Assembly (NCBI GenBank): GCA_017470165.1
Contig: JAFUEX010000012.1
Span: 8,149 to 72,148 of the forward strand
Direction: 5' to 3'
Origin: Alphaproteobacteria bacterium
Lineage (GTDB): Bacteria; Pseudomonadota; Alphaproteobacteria; RF32; CAG-239
DNA length: 64,000 bases
Below are positions 8,539-17,971 of the stretch, piece after piece. The position numbers were made by a program, and so were the translations under genes. The notes beneath the pieces are model-generated. The model was not told the DNA's origin. It did no database searches and was given only the letters and a program-made list of their open reading frames with translations. Numbering within the stretch: the first letter of the stretch is position 1; every line of letters begins with the position of its first letter.

Positions 8539-8712
8539 CGGTTTTATCATTTCCTTTTTTTGTGTTAAACTTGAGCTCAAAATTACACGCAATTACTGTT
8601 CATCTCAATAAAATATCACTCTCTATTAACAAGTTTCTTGACATATTGCCTAAAATGGCGTTATTTTAGCTCCGCAAAACAAATTAACCGTAAATTTATA
8701 AGGAACAGAGCA

Positions 8713-10017
8713 ATGACTGCACGCACATTACAAGGTTTTATGGAACTTTTGCCGCAAGAACAATTGGTGTTCAACCATATTAAATCGGTCATTGCTCATA
8801 CTTATGAATTGTTTGGTTTTGTGCCGTTGGATACTCCAGTGCTGGAGCTGGCGGAGGTGTTGTTGTCAAAGTCCGGCGGTGAGACCGAAAAACAAATTTA
8901 TGAGTTCAAAAAAGGCGATACGGATTTGGCAATGCGGTTTGATTTGACCGTGCCTTTGGCGAAGTATGTGGCTTTGTACAACAATGATTTGACCTTTCCG
9001 TTCAAGCGTTATCAAATCGGCAAAGTTTATCGCGGCGAACGTCCGCAAAAAGGGCGCTTCAGAGAGTTTTATCAGTGTGATATCGATGTTATTGACCGCG
9101 ATGAGCTGAATATTGTGTATGATGCGGAGCTTTTGGCGGTTATTTATACCATATTTTCGCGTCTTGAGCTGCCGGCTTTCAAGATTTATATCAACAATCG
9201 GCGCTTGCTGAGCGGCTATTTGGCCTCTTTGAATATTGCCGACAAAACCGTTGAGGTGCTGAGACTGGTTGATAAGATTAAAAAACTGCCGCATGAGGTG
9301 TTTTTGGCAGAGCTGCGTGATTTGCAATTGTCGGAAGAGCAAAATAATGCACTGTTGGATTTTATCAAGATTCAGGGCGATAATGCGACGATTTTGGCTA
9401 AACTCGGTGCTTTGGCTCAAGACAATGCCGAATATACTACCGGATTGGCCGAGTTGAAAACAGTGGTTGACAATGCACTGGCTTTGGGCGTTCCGGCGCA
9501 AAATATACAAATTGATTTGAGCATTACTCGCGGGCTGGATTATTATACCGGCACGGTTTACGAGACATTTTTTGATGATTATCCGCAGTTTGGCTCGGTT
9601 TGTTCCGGCGGACGTTATGACAATCTCTCCTCGGTATTCGGCGGGCAGAAATTCCCCGGAGTGGGGATTTCCATCGGGCTTACCCGCTTGTTTGACCAGT
9701 TGCGAGCGCATAATTTGTTGTCGTTCCCCAAACTGACGCCTAACAAAGCATTGATTATCACTCAGGGAGAAGAGTTTACGGCTGCTGCGGTTAAGCTGGC
9801 GCAAGCACTCAGGGAGGCGGATATTGCCACCGATATTATGTATCGCAGCTGCAAATTCAAAAAGAAGATGGAATATGCCAATAAAATCGGCATTCCTTAC
9901 TTGATTATCATCGGCGAGGATGAGGCGGCGACCGGTGAGTTTACACTCAAAGATATGTCAAGCGGCGAGCAAAGCAGGGTAGGGCAAGCGGCTCTGATTG
10001 CCAAACTACGGGGATGA
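8713..10017 (+). CDS. hisS: histidyl-tRNA synthetase
   Basis: Class II aaRS motifs are present: FRYERPQKGRFREFYQ-like (YRGERPQKGRFREFYQCD) and GGRYDNL...GVGISIGLTRL. I prefer the ATG at 8713, preceded by aaggaac, over the ORF-track start at 8638. Confidence 0.9.
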   Translation: MTARTLQGFMELLPQEQLVFNHIKSVIAHTYELFGFVPLDTPVLELAEVLLSKSGGETEKQIYEFKKGDTDLAMRFDLTVPLAKYVALYNNDLTFPFKRYQIGKVYRGERPQKGRFREFYQCDIDVIDRDELNIVYDAELLAVIYTIFSRLELPAFKIYINNRRLLSGYLASLNIADKTVEVLRLVDKIKKLPHEVFLAELRDLQLSEEQNNALLDFIKIQGDNATILAKLGALAQDNAEYTTGLAELKTVVDNALALGVPAQNIQIDLSITRGLDYYTGTVYETFFDDYPQFGSVCSGGRYDNLSSVFGGQKFPGVGISIGLTRLFDQLRAHNLLSFPKLTPNKALIITQGEEFTAAAVKLAQALREADIATDIMYRSCKFKKKMEYANKIGIPYLIIIGEDEAATGEFTLKDMSSGEQSRVGQAALIAKLRG

Positions 10018-10081
10018 AAAACGCAAATAAACCACCCCGAAGTTCAACCGGCGGGCATTGGTCTATAGATTGACAACCGGT

Positions 10082-10107
10082 CGACAGGGCAGAACGACAG
10101 GGCAGAA
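10082..10107 (+). repeat. tandem 13-bp repeat cgacagggcagaa x2
   Basis: Read directly in the hisS-aspS intergenic region. Confidence 0.8.
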
Positions 10108-10197
10108 TAACATAAGTAAATAATTTTAGTTGCTTTTTGACCGAATAGGGAATAAAAGTAAGTGGTTTGAGTTTTTTTACATCATGAGGTTGAACAG

Positions 10198-11970
10198 ATG
10201 AACGAATATCGCACCCACACCTGCGGGGATTTGAGAAAGCAGGATGCCGGCAAAACGGTGAAATTAGCCGGTTGGTTACATCGCAAACGTAATTTGGGAA
10301 ATTTGTGTTTTGTGGATTTGCGCGACCATTACGGCATAACCCAGTGTGTGTTTGATAAGAGTTCGCCGTTGTTTGCCAAGGTGGAGAATACTCGGGTCGA
10401 ATCGGTGGTGGGAATCGAAGGTCAGGTTGTGGTGCGCGAAAGCGTAAACCCCAATATGCCGACCGGTGATGTGGAAATTAAGGCTTCTTCGTGGGAGGTT
10501 TATTCCGAAGCTGAAGTTTTGCCGTTTCAGATTGCCATAGAAGATGATGCGCCGGAGGATATTCGGCTGAAATATCGTTTTTTAGATTTGCGCAAAGAGC
10601 GAATTCACAACAATATTATGCTACGCTCCAGGGTTATTCAAAGAGCGCGCGAGTTGATGAGAGAGCAGGGGTTTGTTGAGTATCAAACTCCGATTTTGAC
10701 CGCTTCGTCGCCGGAAGGTGCGCGCGATTTTTTGGTGCCGTCGCGGCTTAATCCGGGGAAATTTTATGCCCTGCCGCAAGCGCCGCAGCAATTTAAGCAA
10801 TTGCTGATGGTTTCGGGATTTGACAAATATTTTCAGGTTGCACCGTGTTTTCGTGATGAAGATACGCGAGCCGACCGCAGTCCGGGGGAATTTTATCAGC
10901 TTGATATGGAGATGAGTTTTGCCTCTCAGGAAGATGTTTTTGCTGTTGTGGAGTATAATTTGGGCACTATTTTCCGAGAGTTTGCCAATGGTAAGACGGT
11001 GGATGCGGCGCCGTTTGTGCGTATTCCTTTCCTTGAGGCTATGGCAAAATATGGGTCGGACAAGCCTGATTTGCGCAATCCGTTGGTGTTTGCCGATGCA
11101 ACAGCGATATTCGGCAACAGCGGTTTTGGCGTGTATGATAATCTGGTAAAAGAAGACAAAAAGGTCAAAGCGCTGGTGCTGAGAGGATGCGGAGAAAAAC
11201 CGCGCTCGTTTTTTGATAAATTGGATGCTTATGCCAAAGAAGAAGGAATGGGCGGTGCAGCTTATGTGGCGTTGGCCTCAGGCGGGGCTAAGGGAATTGC
11301 CCGAATGCTGAGCGAAGATAAGCTGACGGAGCTTAAGGCCGCCTTAGATTTGCAAGATGGCGATGCCGTGGTTATGATAATCGGCAAAGGGGTGAAATTC
11401 GACAAGTTTTCCGGTCGGCTGCGCAACAAAATCGGCGAAGAACTGGGGTTGGTCGACAAAAACGCATTTAAGATGTGCTGGGTGGTTGATTTTCCGTTTT
11501 ATGAGGAAAATGAAGAGACCGGTGAAATTGAATTTTCACATAATCCTTTTTCGATGCCGCAAGGCGGAATGGATGATTTACTTAGAAAAAATCCGCTGGA
11601 TATTTTGGCTTATCAATACGACTTTGTGTGCAACGGGGTCGAGCTTTTGTCGGGTGCTGTGCGTAATCATCGGCCGGATATTATGTACAAGGCTTTTGAG
11701 ATTGCCGGATATCCCAATGAGGTGGTGGATACCAAGTTCGGCGGTATGATTAATGCATTTAAGTTTGGGGCACCGCCGCACGCCGGTTCGGCTTATGGAA
11801 TTGACCGCTTGGTTATGTTGCTGTTGGACGAGCCGATTATTCGCGATGTGATTTTATTCCCGCTGAACGGCAAAGCGCAAGATTTGATGATGCAAGCGCC
11901 GAATTATCCGACGGCTAAGCAATTGCAAGAACTGCATATTAAAGTTGATATGGAAAATCAGGACAAATGA
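10198..11970 (+). CDS. aspS: aspartyl-tRNA synthetase
   Basis: 590 aa with an N-terminal OB fold and the motifs [22 protein letters not shown] and [16 protein letters not shown], typical of bacterial AspRS. Confidence 0.95.
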   Translation: MNEYRTHTCGDLRKQDAGKTVKLAGWLHRKRNLGNLCFVDLRDHYGITQCVFDKSSPLFAKVENTRVESVVGIEGQVVVRESVNPNMPTGDVEIKASSWEVYSEAEVLPFQIAIEDDAPEDIRLKYRFLDLRKERIHNNIMLRSRVIQRARELMREQGFVEYQTPILTASSPEGARDFLVPSRLNPGKFYALPQAPQQFKQLLMVSGFDKYFQVAPCFRDEDTRADRSPGEFYQLDMEMSFASQEDVFAVVEYNLGTIFREFANGKTVDAAPFVRIPFLEAMAKYGSDKPDLRNPLVFADATAIFGNSGFGVYDNLVKEDKKVKALVLRGCGEKPRSFFDKLDAYAKEEGMGGAAYVALASGGAKGIARMLSEDKLTELKAALDLQDGDAVVMIIGKGVKFDKFSGRLRNKIGEELGLVDKNAFKMCWVVDFPFYEENEETGEIEFSHNPFSMPQGGMDDLLRKNPLDILAYQYDFVCNGVELLSGAVRNHRPDIMYKAFEIAGYPNEVVDTKFGGMINAFKFGAPPHAGSAYGIDRLVMLLLDEPIIRDVILFPLNGKAQDLMMQAPNYPTAKQLQELHIKVDMENQDK

Positions 11971-12284
11971 AGCGGTTTAGTCGACGAAAAGAAGACTTTG
12001 TGTGCGAGCACTGCGGTGCGGAAGTAAGCGGAAGCGGGTATACGAACCATTGTCCGAAATGTCTTTATTCCAAGCACGTTGATGTTATGCCGGGGGACCG
12101 CGCCGAGGAGTGTCACGGGATGATGCGCCCGATAGGAATCGAGATGACGCGCGATGGCTATATAATTGAACATCAGTGCGAAAAGTGCGGTGTCGTAAAA
12201 CGCAACAAAGCCAATGAGAATGACAATTTTGAAGAGTTGCTGCATTTGGCACGCTCGCAGGTTGATAAGCTGAAAAAGTGCTAA
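11967..12284 (+). CDS. RNHCP domain zinc-ribbon protein
   Basis: It reads CEHCG...[15 protein letters not shown]...EHQCEKCG and overlaps the aspS stop by ATGA. Confidence 0.7.
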   Translation: MKRFSRRKEDFVCEHCGAEVSGSGYTNHCPKCLYSKHVDVMPGDRAEECHGMMRPIGIEMTRDGYIIEHQCEKCGVVKRNKANENDNFEELLHLARSQVDKLKKC

Positions 12285-12293
12285 CATCCGAAA

Positions 12294-12328
12294 ACTCCGC
12301 CGGAAATTTCAACCGACGGAATTTTTTT
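12294..12328. terminator. hairpin between convergent genes
   Basis: ctccgccgg-aaatttcaa-ccgacggaa followed by ttttttt. The stem has one internal mismatch. Confidence 0.5.
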
Positions 12329-12354
12329 AATTCAAACGAACAATGGAAAGTAAA

Positions 12355-12843
12355 TTATTTCTTGGCCGCTTTAGCTGAGGTGCGACGTTTGGTTTTCTTT
12401 TCGCCGGCAAGGTTGATTTTTTTGCGGCTGGAACGCTCCTGCTTGGTTTTGGGAATGGTAACGCTCAAAACACCGTTGGCGTAATCGGCACTGGCGGCAG
12501 CATATTCTAAATCCCACGGCAGGGGAATGGTGCGGCTGAATGAACCGTAAGATATTTCCGAAAAACATCCTTCATTGGAGGCAGAAGTGTTTTCGTGACG
12601 TCTTTCGCCGCTGATGGTGAGATAACCGTTGGAAGATATTTCCAAATCGATGTCGCTTTCGGACAAACCGGGGAGTTCGGCCGTCACAACAACATCGGCC
12701 GCATTGTCCGCCACTTCGATTTTGGGAGATATAACCGTCAGAGCATCATTTTGGTGCAGGCCGAACAAATGAAACAAATTGCTCATAAAATGAGGAGCGG
12801 TTTTAACAGCAGACTTGCTGCCGGAGGATAATTGGGTATTCAT
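12355..12843 (-). CDS. Hsp20/alpha-crystallin small heat-shock protein
   Basis: It has an alpha-crystallin domain (VVTAELPGLSESDIDLEISSNGYLTISGERR...GSFSRTIPLP...ADYANGVLSVTIPK) and a basic Lys-rich tail. Confidence 0.9.
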   Translation of the reverse strand: MNTQLSSGSKSAVKTAPHFMSNLFHLFGLHQNDALTVISPKIEVADNAADVVVTAELPGLSESDIDLEISSNGYLTISGERRHENTSASNEGCFSEISYGSFSRTIPLPWDLEYAAASADYANGVLSVTIPKTKQERSSRKKINLAGEKKTKRRTSAKAAKK

Positions 12844-12923
12844 AATCAGACTAACTCCTTACAAAATTGAAATAACCAGAGATAGAGATAATCGCCGGAG
12901 GCAGAATTTCAAGGAGGAGGAAA

Positions 12924-13955
12924 CTAATCCAAATTGATACCTTTTTGCTTGCAACGGTTGAGCCATTGCAGTTTGGCATATTTTTGCATATCGGTAATGG
13001 TGTCGGTTTCATCCACAATCTCTTTACCGATAATGGTTTCGATGATGTCTTCAAGGGTGATGATACCCACCCAGTTGCCCAGTTGATCAACCACCAAAGA
13101 CATATGGTTGTGGTCTTCCAGCATTGCCGAAAGTACATCTTGCAATTTGGCTTCGGGAGAAAAAGAGCGCATATCACAGGAAAATTTTTTCACTTTGTCG
13201 TCATCTTTGGCCTTAAAGGAGCTTGATTTGTGGATATAGCCCTTAAAAATCTGCTTGGCCTCATCAATAATAGGAAAGCGCGAAAAAGGCGCGGTCGTGA
13301 GGAATTTGTCAAATTCTTTAATCGTCATATCCGGCTTGACGGTGCGCACAACCGTACGCGGGGTCATCACATCTTCGATATTTATTTGCTTGAGGTTAAT
13401 AGTGTTGACCAAAATGCGATATTCAACATCATCAATCACCCTTGCGGCTTGTCCCATTCGGGATAAGGCTTTGATTTCCTCGCGGGTGTTGGAGCAATCG
13501 ACCGCAGCATTAAAACGCTTGGTAATAAGGTTGGACAGCCAAATAAACGGCCGCATTATCACAGTAAGAAAAGACAAAGCCGGAACTAACAGCGGAATTA
13601 GGCGTTTCCAATATCTGGCGCCGATGGATTTGGGCAAAATTTCCGAGAAGGTGAGAATGGCAAAAGTCATAATACCGCTGGCAATGCCGATATATTCCTG
13701 TCCGAAAATTTGCGACACTTCCGCACCGACTCCGGTGGCGCCGACCGTGTTGGCAATGGTGTTAAGTGACAAAATTGCCGCCAGCGGCTCGTTGATGTGT
13801 TCTTTCATATCCGAAAGTTTGGCAAACAATTTGGGCTTTTGGTCTTCCAGTTGGGATATATAGCTCGGCACTATGGACAACAATGATGCCTCTAATACCG
13901 AACAAATAAACGATATGATAACAGCAGTAGCGGCAAATAAAATCAAATAAAACAT
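12924..13955 (-). CDS. CNNM/TlyC-family membrane protein (DUF21 plus CBS pair)
   Basis: The N-terminus has a 4-TM DUF21-like region. It is followed by a CBS-pair-like region (DVMTPRT...PIIDE...LVVDQLGNWVGIITLEDIIE). Confidence 0.85.
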   Translation of the reverse strand: MFYLILFAATAVIISFICSVLEASLLSIVPSYISQLEDQKPKLFAKLSDMKEHINEPLAAILSLNTIANTVGATGVGAEVSQIFGQEYIGIASGIMTFAILTFSEILPKSIGARYWKRLIPLLVPALSFLTVIMRPFIWLSNLITKRFNAAVDCSNTREEIKALSRMGQAARVIDDVEYRILVNTINLKQINIEDVMTPRTVVRTVKPDMTIKEFDKFLTTAPFSRFPIIDEAKQIFKGYIHKSSSFKAKDDDKVKKFSCDMRSFSPEAKLQDVLSAMLEDHNHMSLVVDQLGNWVGIITLEDIIETIIGKEIVDETDTITDMQKYAKLQWLNRCKQKGINLD

Positions 13956-14116
13956 ATTCTCTTGAACCGGAGTTGTTAATGATAAAAAGGTCTATAACAA
14001 ATTTTTAGGCAAAAATAAAGCATTATTTTTACGGCTATGGAGTAGTTTTAATAAAATACGGAATTACATTTTGCCATCATAAACTGCCTTGAAAGGTAAA
14101 AACAGGAGAAATTGAA

Positions 14117-15427
14117 GTGAATAACGATAAAAATGCCAGTGTTTACAACATCAATAAAGAATATCGCATAGTTAATTTGAAGGGAAATAAGTGCTCGTTG
14201 TTTTTTAAGAACAAGCAAAATATGCTGTTGGCAACTTTGGAGGGCTGCGGGCAGGTGTTGACCAATATTCTGACCAGCTCCGAGCGTGATTTGAGTGAGA
14301 TTGAAAAGGGATATTTATTGTCGTTTATTCGCGCCAAAAAATATTCCATCGCCAAAGAAGTGGCCGAGTTTTTGAGTGTGTCAATCATTCAATACGAAGA
14401 CGGGCGGGAAGAATATTTGTCCGAAAAAATGCTCAAAAAACGGATTGCCTCCGGCATCAATTTTGCCAAAGTTTTTGTGGGCAAACTAAAGAGCGCGCAT
14501 CTGATTATTCCGGCCGAAACCCGTAATTGCAGTTATAACTTGAGCAAGGCGGAAGTAGGAGTATTGACGCTGGAAGAAGGTAACAGTATCAATATTGATT
14601 TACGGGATAATGAATTTGTCGAAAGATTGGTGATAAAAGACAAGTTTTCCGGAACTTTGAGTTTGGCGCGCACTAATCTTGAGAGTGTGGCAATCGGCAA
14701 CAACTGTCGCTGCAATTTGATGATGAGTGATTCGAAAAAATGTGTCAATTTGCAAATCGGCGATGTTTTGAGCGGCAACATAAACATTATTAACAGTTGT
14801 TTATATGCGCTTAATATCGGTTATTATGCTTATGCCGATATTATGCTGTCAAACAATACGGTGAAAAAAGAAATCGCAATCGGTGATGCGTTTCGCGGCG
14901 GTATTTATGCGATTAATCAGGCAACCGATTGGTTTAAAATCGGCAATGATTGCAAAGGGTGGGTTAAACTGAATAATCAAAATATTATCTCCGGAGTAAG
15001 AAACTTGCTGGCGGATAATGATTTTGCCGGAAATATTAACTTATCAGGAGACGGCAGTGTGCGCAACATTAATATCGGCGAAAGATTGATGGGCAAGATT
15101 GATGCTACTTATGCCGGAGGACTGGAAAGAGTGGTGATTGGCAAATATTTTAACGGGACGGTGGATTTGAGCGGGGCAAAAGTGCGGCAGGTTTTTGCCG
15201 ATTACGGAGCCAGCGGGGTGGTCAATTTGCAAAACTGCCGGCAGATTGATTTTTTGCAGGCTACGGTGGATAATGATTTGCAGATTACCGGCGAGATAAA
15301 ATCAGTGGATGCATTGTCGGGAGACGGCAAGATAATGTATTATTTTCGCGATAGAGACAATGATGCAGTAAAAGTGCCGCTATTAAAGCGTTGGTACCAA
15401 AATTGGCATAATAAATATCGTCTGTAA
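14117..15427 (+). CDS. HTH domain protein with a C-terminal tandem-repeat (beta-solenoid-like) region
   Basis: The GTG start has aggag 7 nt upstream. Residues about 62-110 look XRE-HTH-like (YSIAKEVAEFLSVSIIQYEDGRE). Residues about 170-385 carry some 10 repeats with period 20-24 and consensus xIGdxfxGxixl. Confidence 0.6.
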   Translation: MNNDKNASVYNINKEYRIVNLKGNKCSLFFKNKQNMLLATLEGCGQVLTNILTSSERDLSEIEKGYLLSFIRAKKYSIAKEVAEFLSVSIIQYEDGREEYLSEKMLKKRIASGINFAKVFVGKLKSAHLIIPAETRNCSYNLSKAEVGVLTLEEGNSINIDLRDNEFVERLVIKDKFSGTLSLARTNLESVAIGNNCRCNLMMSDSKKCVNLQIGDVLSGNINIINSCLYALNIGYYAYADIMLSNNTVKKEIAIGDAFRGGIYAINQATDWFKIGNDCKGWVKLNNQNIISGVRNLLADNDFAGNINLSGDGSVRNINIGERLMGKIDATYAGGLERVVIGKYFNGTVDLSGAKVRQVFADYGASGVVNLQNCRQIDFLQATVDNDLQITGEIKSVDALSGDGKIMYYFRDRDNDAVKVPLLKRWYQNWHNKYRL

Positions 15428-15429
15428 AA

Positions 15430-15448
15430 TGTTACAATTTTGTTACAA
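15430..15448 (+). promoter_or_regulatory. direct repeat tgttacaa x2 with 11-bp phasing, immediately upstream of a -35 element
   Basis: aaaaTGTTACAAtttTGTTACAAatgg, read directly. It looks like an operator or activator site. Confidence 0.35.
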
Positions 15449-15453
15449 ATGGC

Positions 15454-15482
15454 TTGTGTTTTACCGAAAAATATGGTATATT
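15454..15482 (+). promoter_or_regulatory. putative sigma70 promoter with extended -10
   Basis: ttgtgt, 17 nt, then (tgg)tatatt. It shares aaaaatatggtata with the promoter at 47069-47097. Confidence 0.4.
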
Positions 15483-15515
15483 TAACTTATAAACAGACAG
15501 ATAAGGAGAAGGCCG

Positions 15516-15884
15516 ATGAAAACAGCTAATAAAAAAGGGCTAAACTTCCTTGAGGCGATTGATAGGCCGCATCTGAGGAAGGATGAGTTGTTTGCGGCGT
15601 TGTTTACAGCCTGCGGCAGCGGAGATAATGTGAATGCCAACCATGTGTTTTTTCAAGATGTAATTGTTAAATTTAATGCTCAAAAGGCAAGGGGGATGAT
15701 ATTACGCAACTCAGAATTGGCAACCCCCAGTCATTATGTTGATGTGGCATTGGGCAAATATTTGGAGATGGGTTTGCCGATTAAGCAATTCAACGCTGAT
15801 TTACAAGAGGCAAAACTGCAGCGTGAGGCGATGCTCGGAGCAATTGCCAAAAAAAAAGCCGTGAGCTTTGAGCGGCTGAATTGA
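15516..15884 (+). CDS. hypothetical protein (122 aa)
   Basis: ORF track entry with a good SD (aaggagaagg) upstream. No family recognised. Confidence 0.55.
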   Translation: MKTANKKGLNFLEAIDRPHLRKDELFAALFTACGSGDNVNANHVFFQDVIVKFNAQKARGMILRNSELATPSHYVDVALGKYLEMGLPIKQFNADLQEAKLQREAMLGAIAKKKAVSFERLN

Positions 15885-15908
15885 CCGATGATTTGATTGC
15901 GGTCAAAA

Positions 15909-15955
15909 ATAAAAAAATTCCGTCGTTTTCTCTCCTTTACGACGGAATTTTTTTC
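15909..15955. terminator. bidirectional terminator between convergent genes
   Basis: attccgtcg...cgacggaat stem flanked by an A-run and a T-run. Confidence 0.7.
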
Positions 15956-17722
15956 TTAGACCATCGGAGAGGCATAAAACACCTGACCTTCAACAGCTTG
16001 CCCGTCCTCATAGCGCAGGGTTAGTTTTTCGCTTTTAACCAGTGTAAGTGAATTTGCTTCAAGTAATTGTTTAACATATTTCGGATTATGTAAAAAACGA
16101 CCGGAGGGACGGATTTGCCAGCAATTGATATCATTAGAGGCCTCAATGGTGAAGATAAGCGAGCTGTTGCGACAAAGGCTGATAAACTCCGACAAATCGC
16201 CAAGATAACAAATAACATCAGCGGCAATAATCCAATCAAAAGACTTTTGCGTCGATTTCAGATAGTTAAGAATATCTGACTTTATCAATTGCTGATAGAT
16301 GTTTTTTTGCCGCGCCAATTCAAGCATTTTGGTCGACAAATCCACTCCTATGATTTGATTTTTGCTATTTTTAACAGCTTGCCCAGCCAACCCCGAACCA
16401 CAGCCCAAATCCAACACACTCCCTTGCAGAGGTCCTGCAATTCTTCCCACAGCCAACGGAGCTGAATAAGCCAAATTCTGCATAACCAATTCGTAATTAT
16501 CAGCAAAAGCGTCAAACAACTTCTCATTAAAAAGATGATTATCTTCAATATTTTCTCCTTTGAGAGTGGTGTTAATGTGACGAGCAAACAAGTTGTCGGG
16601 ATAAGATTTGAGCCAATTGGCAGCAATTTTTTGTGCTAAAGCGAGGTCTTCACGGGAGAGAAGTACCAAAGTTTCGACAATCTGCACCGAGATATAATCC
16701 GGTTCTCGGGCCTGATGCAAGGCATTAAAAAAGAGTCCGAGTGCTTCGGTGTAATCGTGCTGCTCGCGAAGAATAAGGCCAAGATTGTAAGATGCTTTGT
16801 CCGACTTAGGATCAAGCAAAATAGCGGCGCGATACTCTTCCAAAGCCTCGGGCAGACGATGTTGGCGGTAAAGCATTTCGGCGTAATTGTGATGAACAGC
16901 AAAAACATTGCCATCCAGTTCAATCAGGCGTTTATAGCGCGGTTCGGCTTGGGAAAAATCATCGTTGCGGCTGAAAATATCGGCGGCGGCCAATTTGGCA
17001 TTATAATGAAGCGGATCGGCGGCCTCGGCTTGCAAAAAATAATCTAATGCCGAAGAGGGGTTATTAAGCTTTGTTGAGGCAAGACCGGCCAGATAATTGA
17101 GGTCAGCATCTTGCGGAGTAAGGGCAAGACCAGATAATGCACTGTTTAGAGCCGATGAATAGTCTTGGGTTTGATGATAAACATCCGCGAGGTAGAACCA
17201 TACAAGAGGTTCTTGGGGAAATTTTCGGCTCAAGGATGTTAAGTCGGTAATGGTTTGCACAGGGTAGAAGTTGGCATTGCTATAAGCTATATTGGCCGCA
17301 GGGGCAGGGTAGTTCGGGTCCAGTTTGAGAGCTTGCTGCCAGTGAAAATGCGCTTGGGTGAGGTCGCCTGCGGCCTGATAGACGGCACCTAGCTCATTGT
17401 GAGCCTCTTTAAGAGACGGAACGAGCTCCAATGCTTTGCGATAATGGATGATAGCATCGGCAAAATGCTGCAGCCTTTGAGCGGAGAAGGCCAAATTGTA
17501 GTGATATTCCGCTTTAGCGGCGTCCAAACGCAAAGCGGCGGCAAAATAAGAGCAAGCCGGCTCGTGCAAACCTTGAGCCTGTGCCACCAAACCCAAAAGA
17601 TTGAGCACCGCGTGGTTGTCGGGAAAAGTCTGTATAATCCGGCGTAAGGCTTGTTCGGCTTCAGCAAACCGTCCTTGGTCATACAACAAAGCCGCCGAAG
17701 ATAACAACTGATTGTAAGACAT
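15956..17722 (-). CDS. TPR-repeat protein with a C-terminal SAM-dependent methyltransferase domain
   Basis: It has many TPR-like units (A..Y..AL.L.P) and the methyltransferase motif I VLDLGCGSGLAG. I prefer the ATG at 17722 (ggtga SD) over 17734. Confidence 0.8.
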   Translation of the reverse strand: MSYNQLLSSAALLYDQGRFAEAEQALRRIIQTFPDNHAVLNLLGLVAQAQGLHEPACSYFAAALRLDAAKAEYHYNLAFSAQRLQHFADAIIHYRKALELVPSLKEAHNELGAVYQAAGDLTQAHFHWQQALKLDPNYPAPAANIAYSNANFYPVQTITDLTSLSRKFPQEPLVWFYLADVYHQTQDYSSALNSALSGLALTPQDADLNYLAGLASTKLNNPSSALDYFLQAEAADPLHYNAKLAAADIFSRNDDFSQAEPRYKRLIELDGNVFAVHHNYAEMLYRQHRLPEALEEYRAAILLDPKSDKASYNLGLILREQHDYTEALGLFFNALHQAREPDYISVQIVETLVLLSREDLALAQKIAANWLKSYPDNLFARHINTTLKGENIEDNHLFNEKLFDAFADNYELVMQNLAYSAPLAVGRIAGPLQGSVLDLGCGSGLAGQAVKNSKNQIIGVDLSTKMLELARQKNIYQQLIKSDILNYLKSTQKSFDWIIAADVICYLGDLSEFISLCRNSSLIFTIEASNDINCWQIRPSGRFLHNPKYVKQLLEANSLTLVKSEKLTLRYEDGQAVEGQVFYASPMV

Positions 17723-17971
17723 TTTTTCACCCATAGATTAAAGTTTATTTTCGGCTTATAGCAAAAATATCTGCAAAAATCCAGCAAATAATGCAAAAAG
17801 TGCTTGCTTTTTACAAACTAATGGTGTAGGAAAGGAGTACTTCCGAGAAAGTAGATGCCGGTTTGGGGCATCTCGTTTGGCGTTGCGCTATAGGGGCGGG
17901 GTTGTGCCTTGAGAGCGGCGGCAAAACTATCGGGACAATAATGTATAACTAAAACAAAAGGTGATTTTAAT

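Noticed and set aside
10018-10197. A CRISPR array or other multi-copy repeat arrays anywhere in the window.
   Set aside because: Only two-copy repeats were found: the 13-mer at 10082, the 10-mer at 527, the 8-mer at 15430, the 12-mer at 62132 and the 75-mer at 652/836. There is no repeat-spacer periodicity and there are no cas genes.
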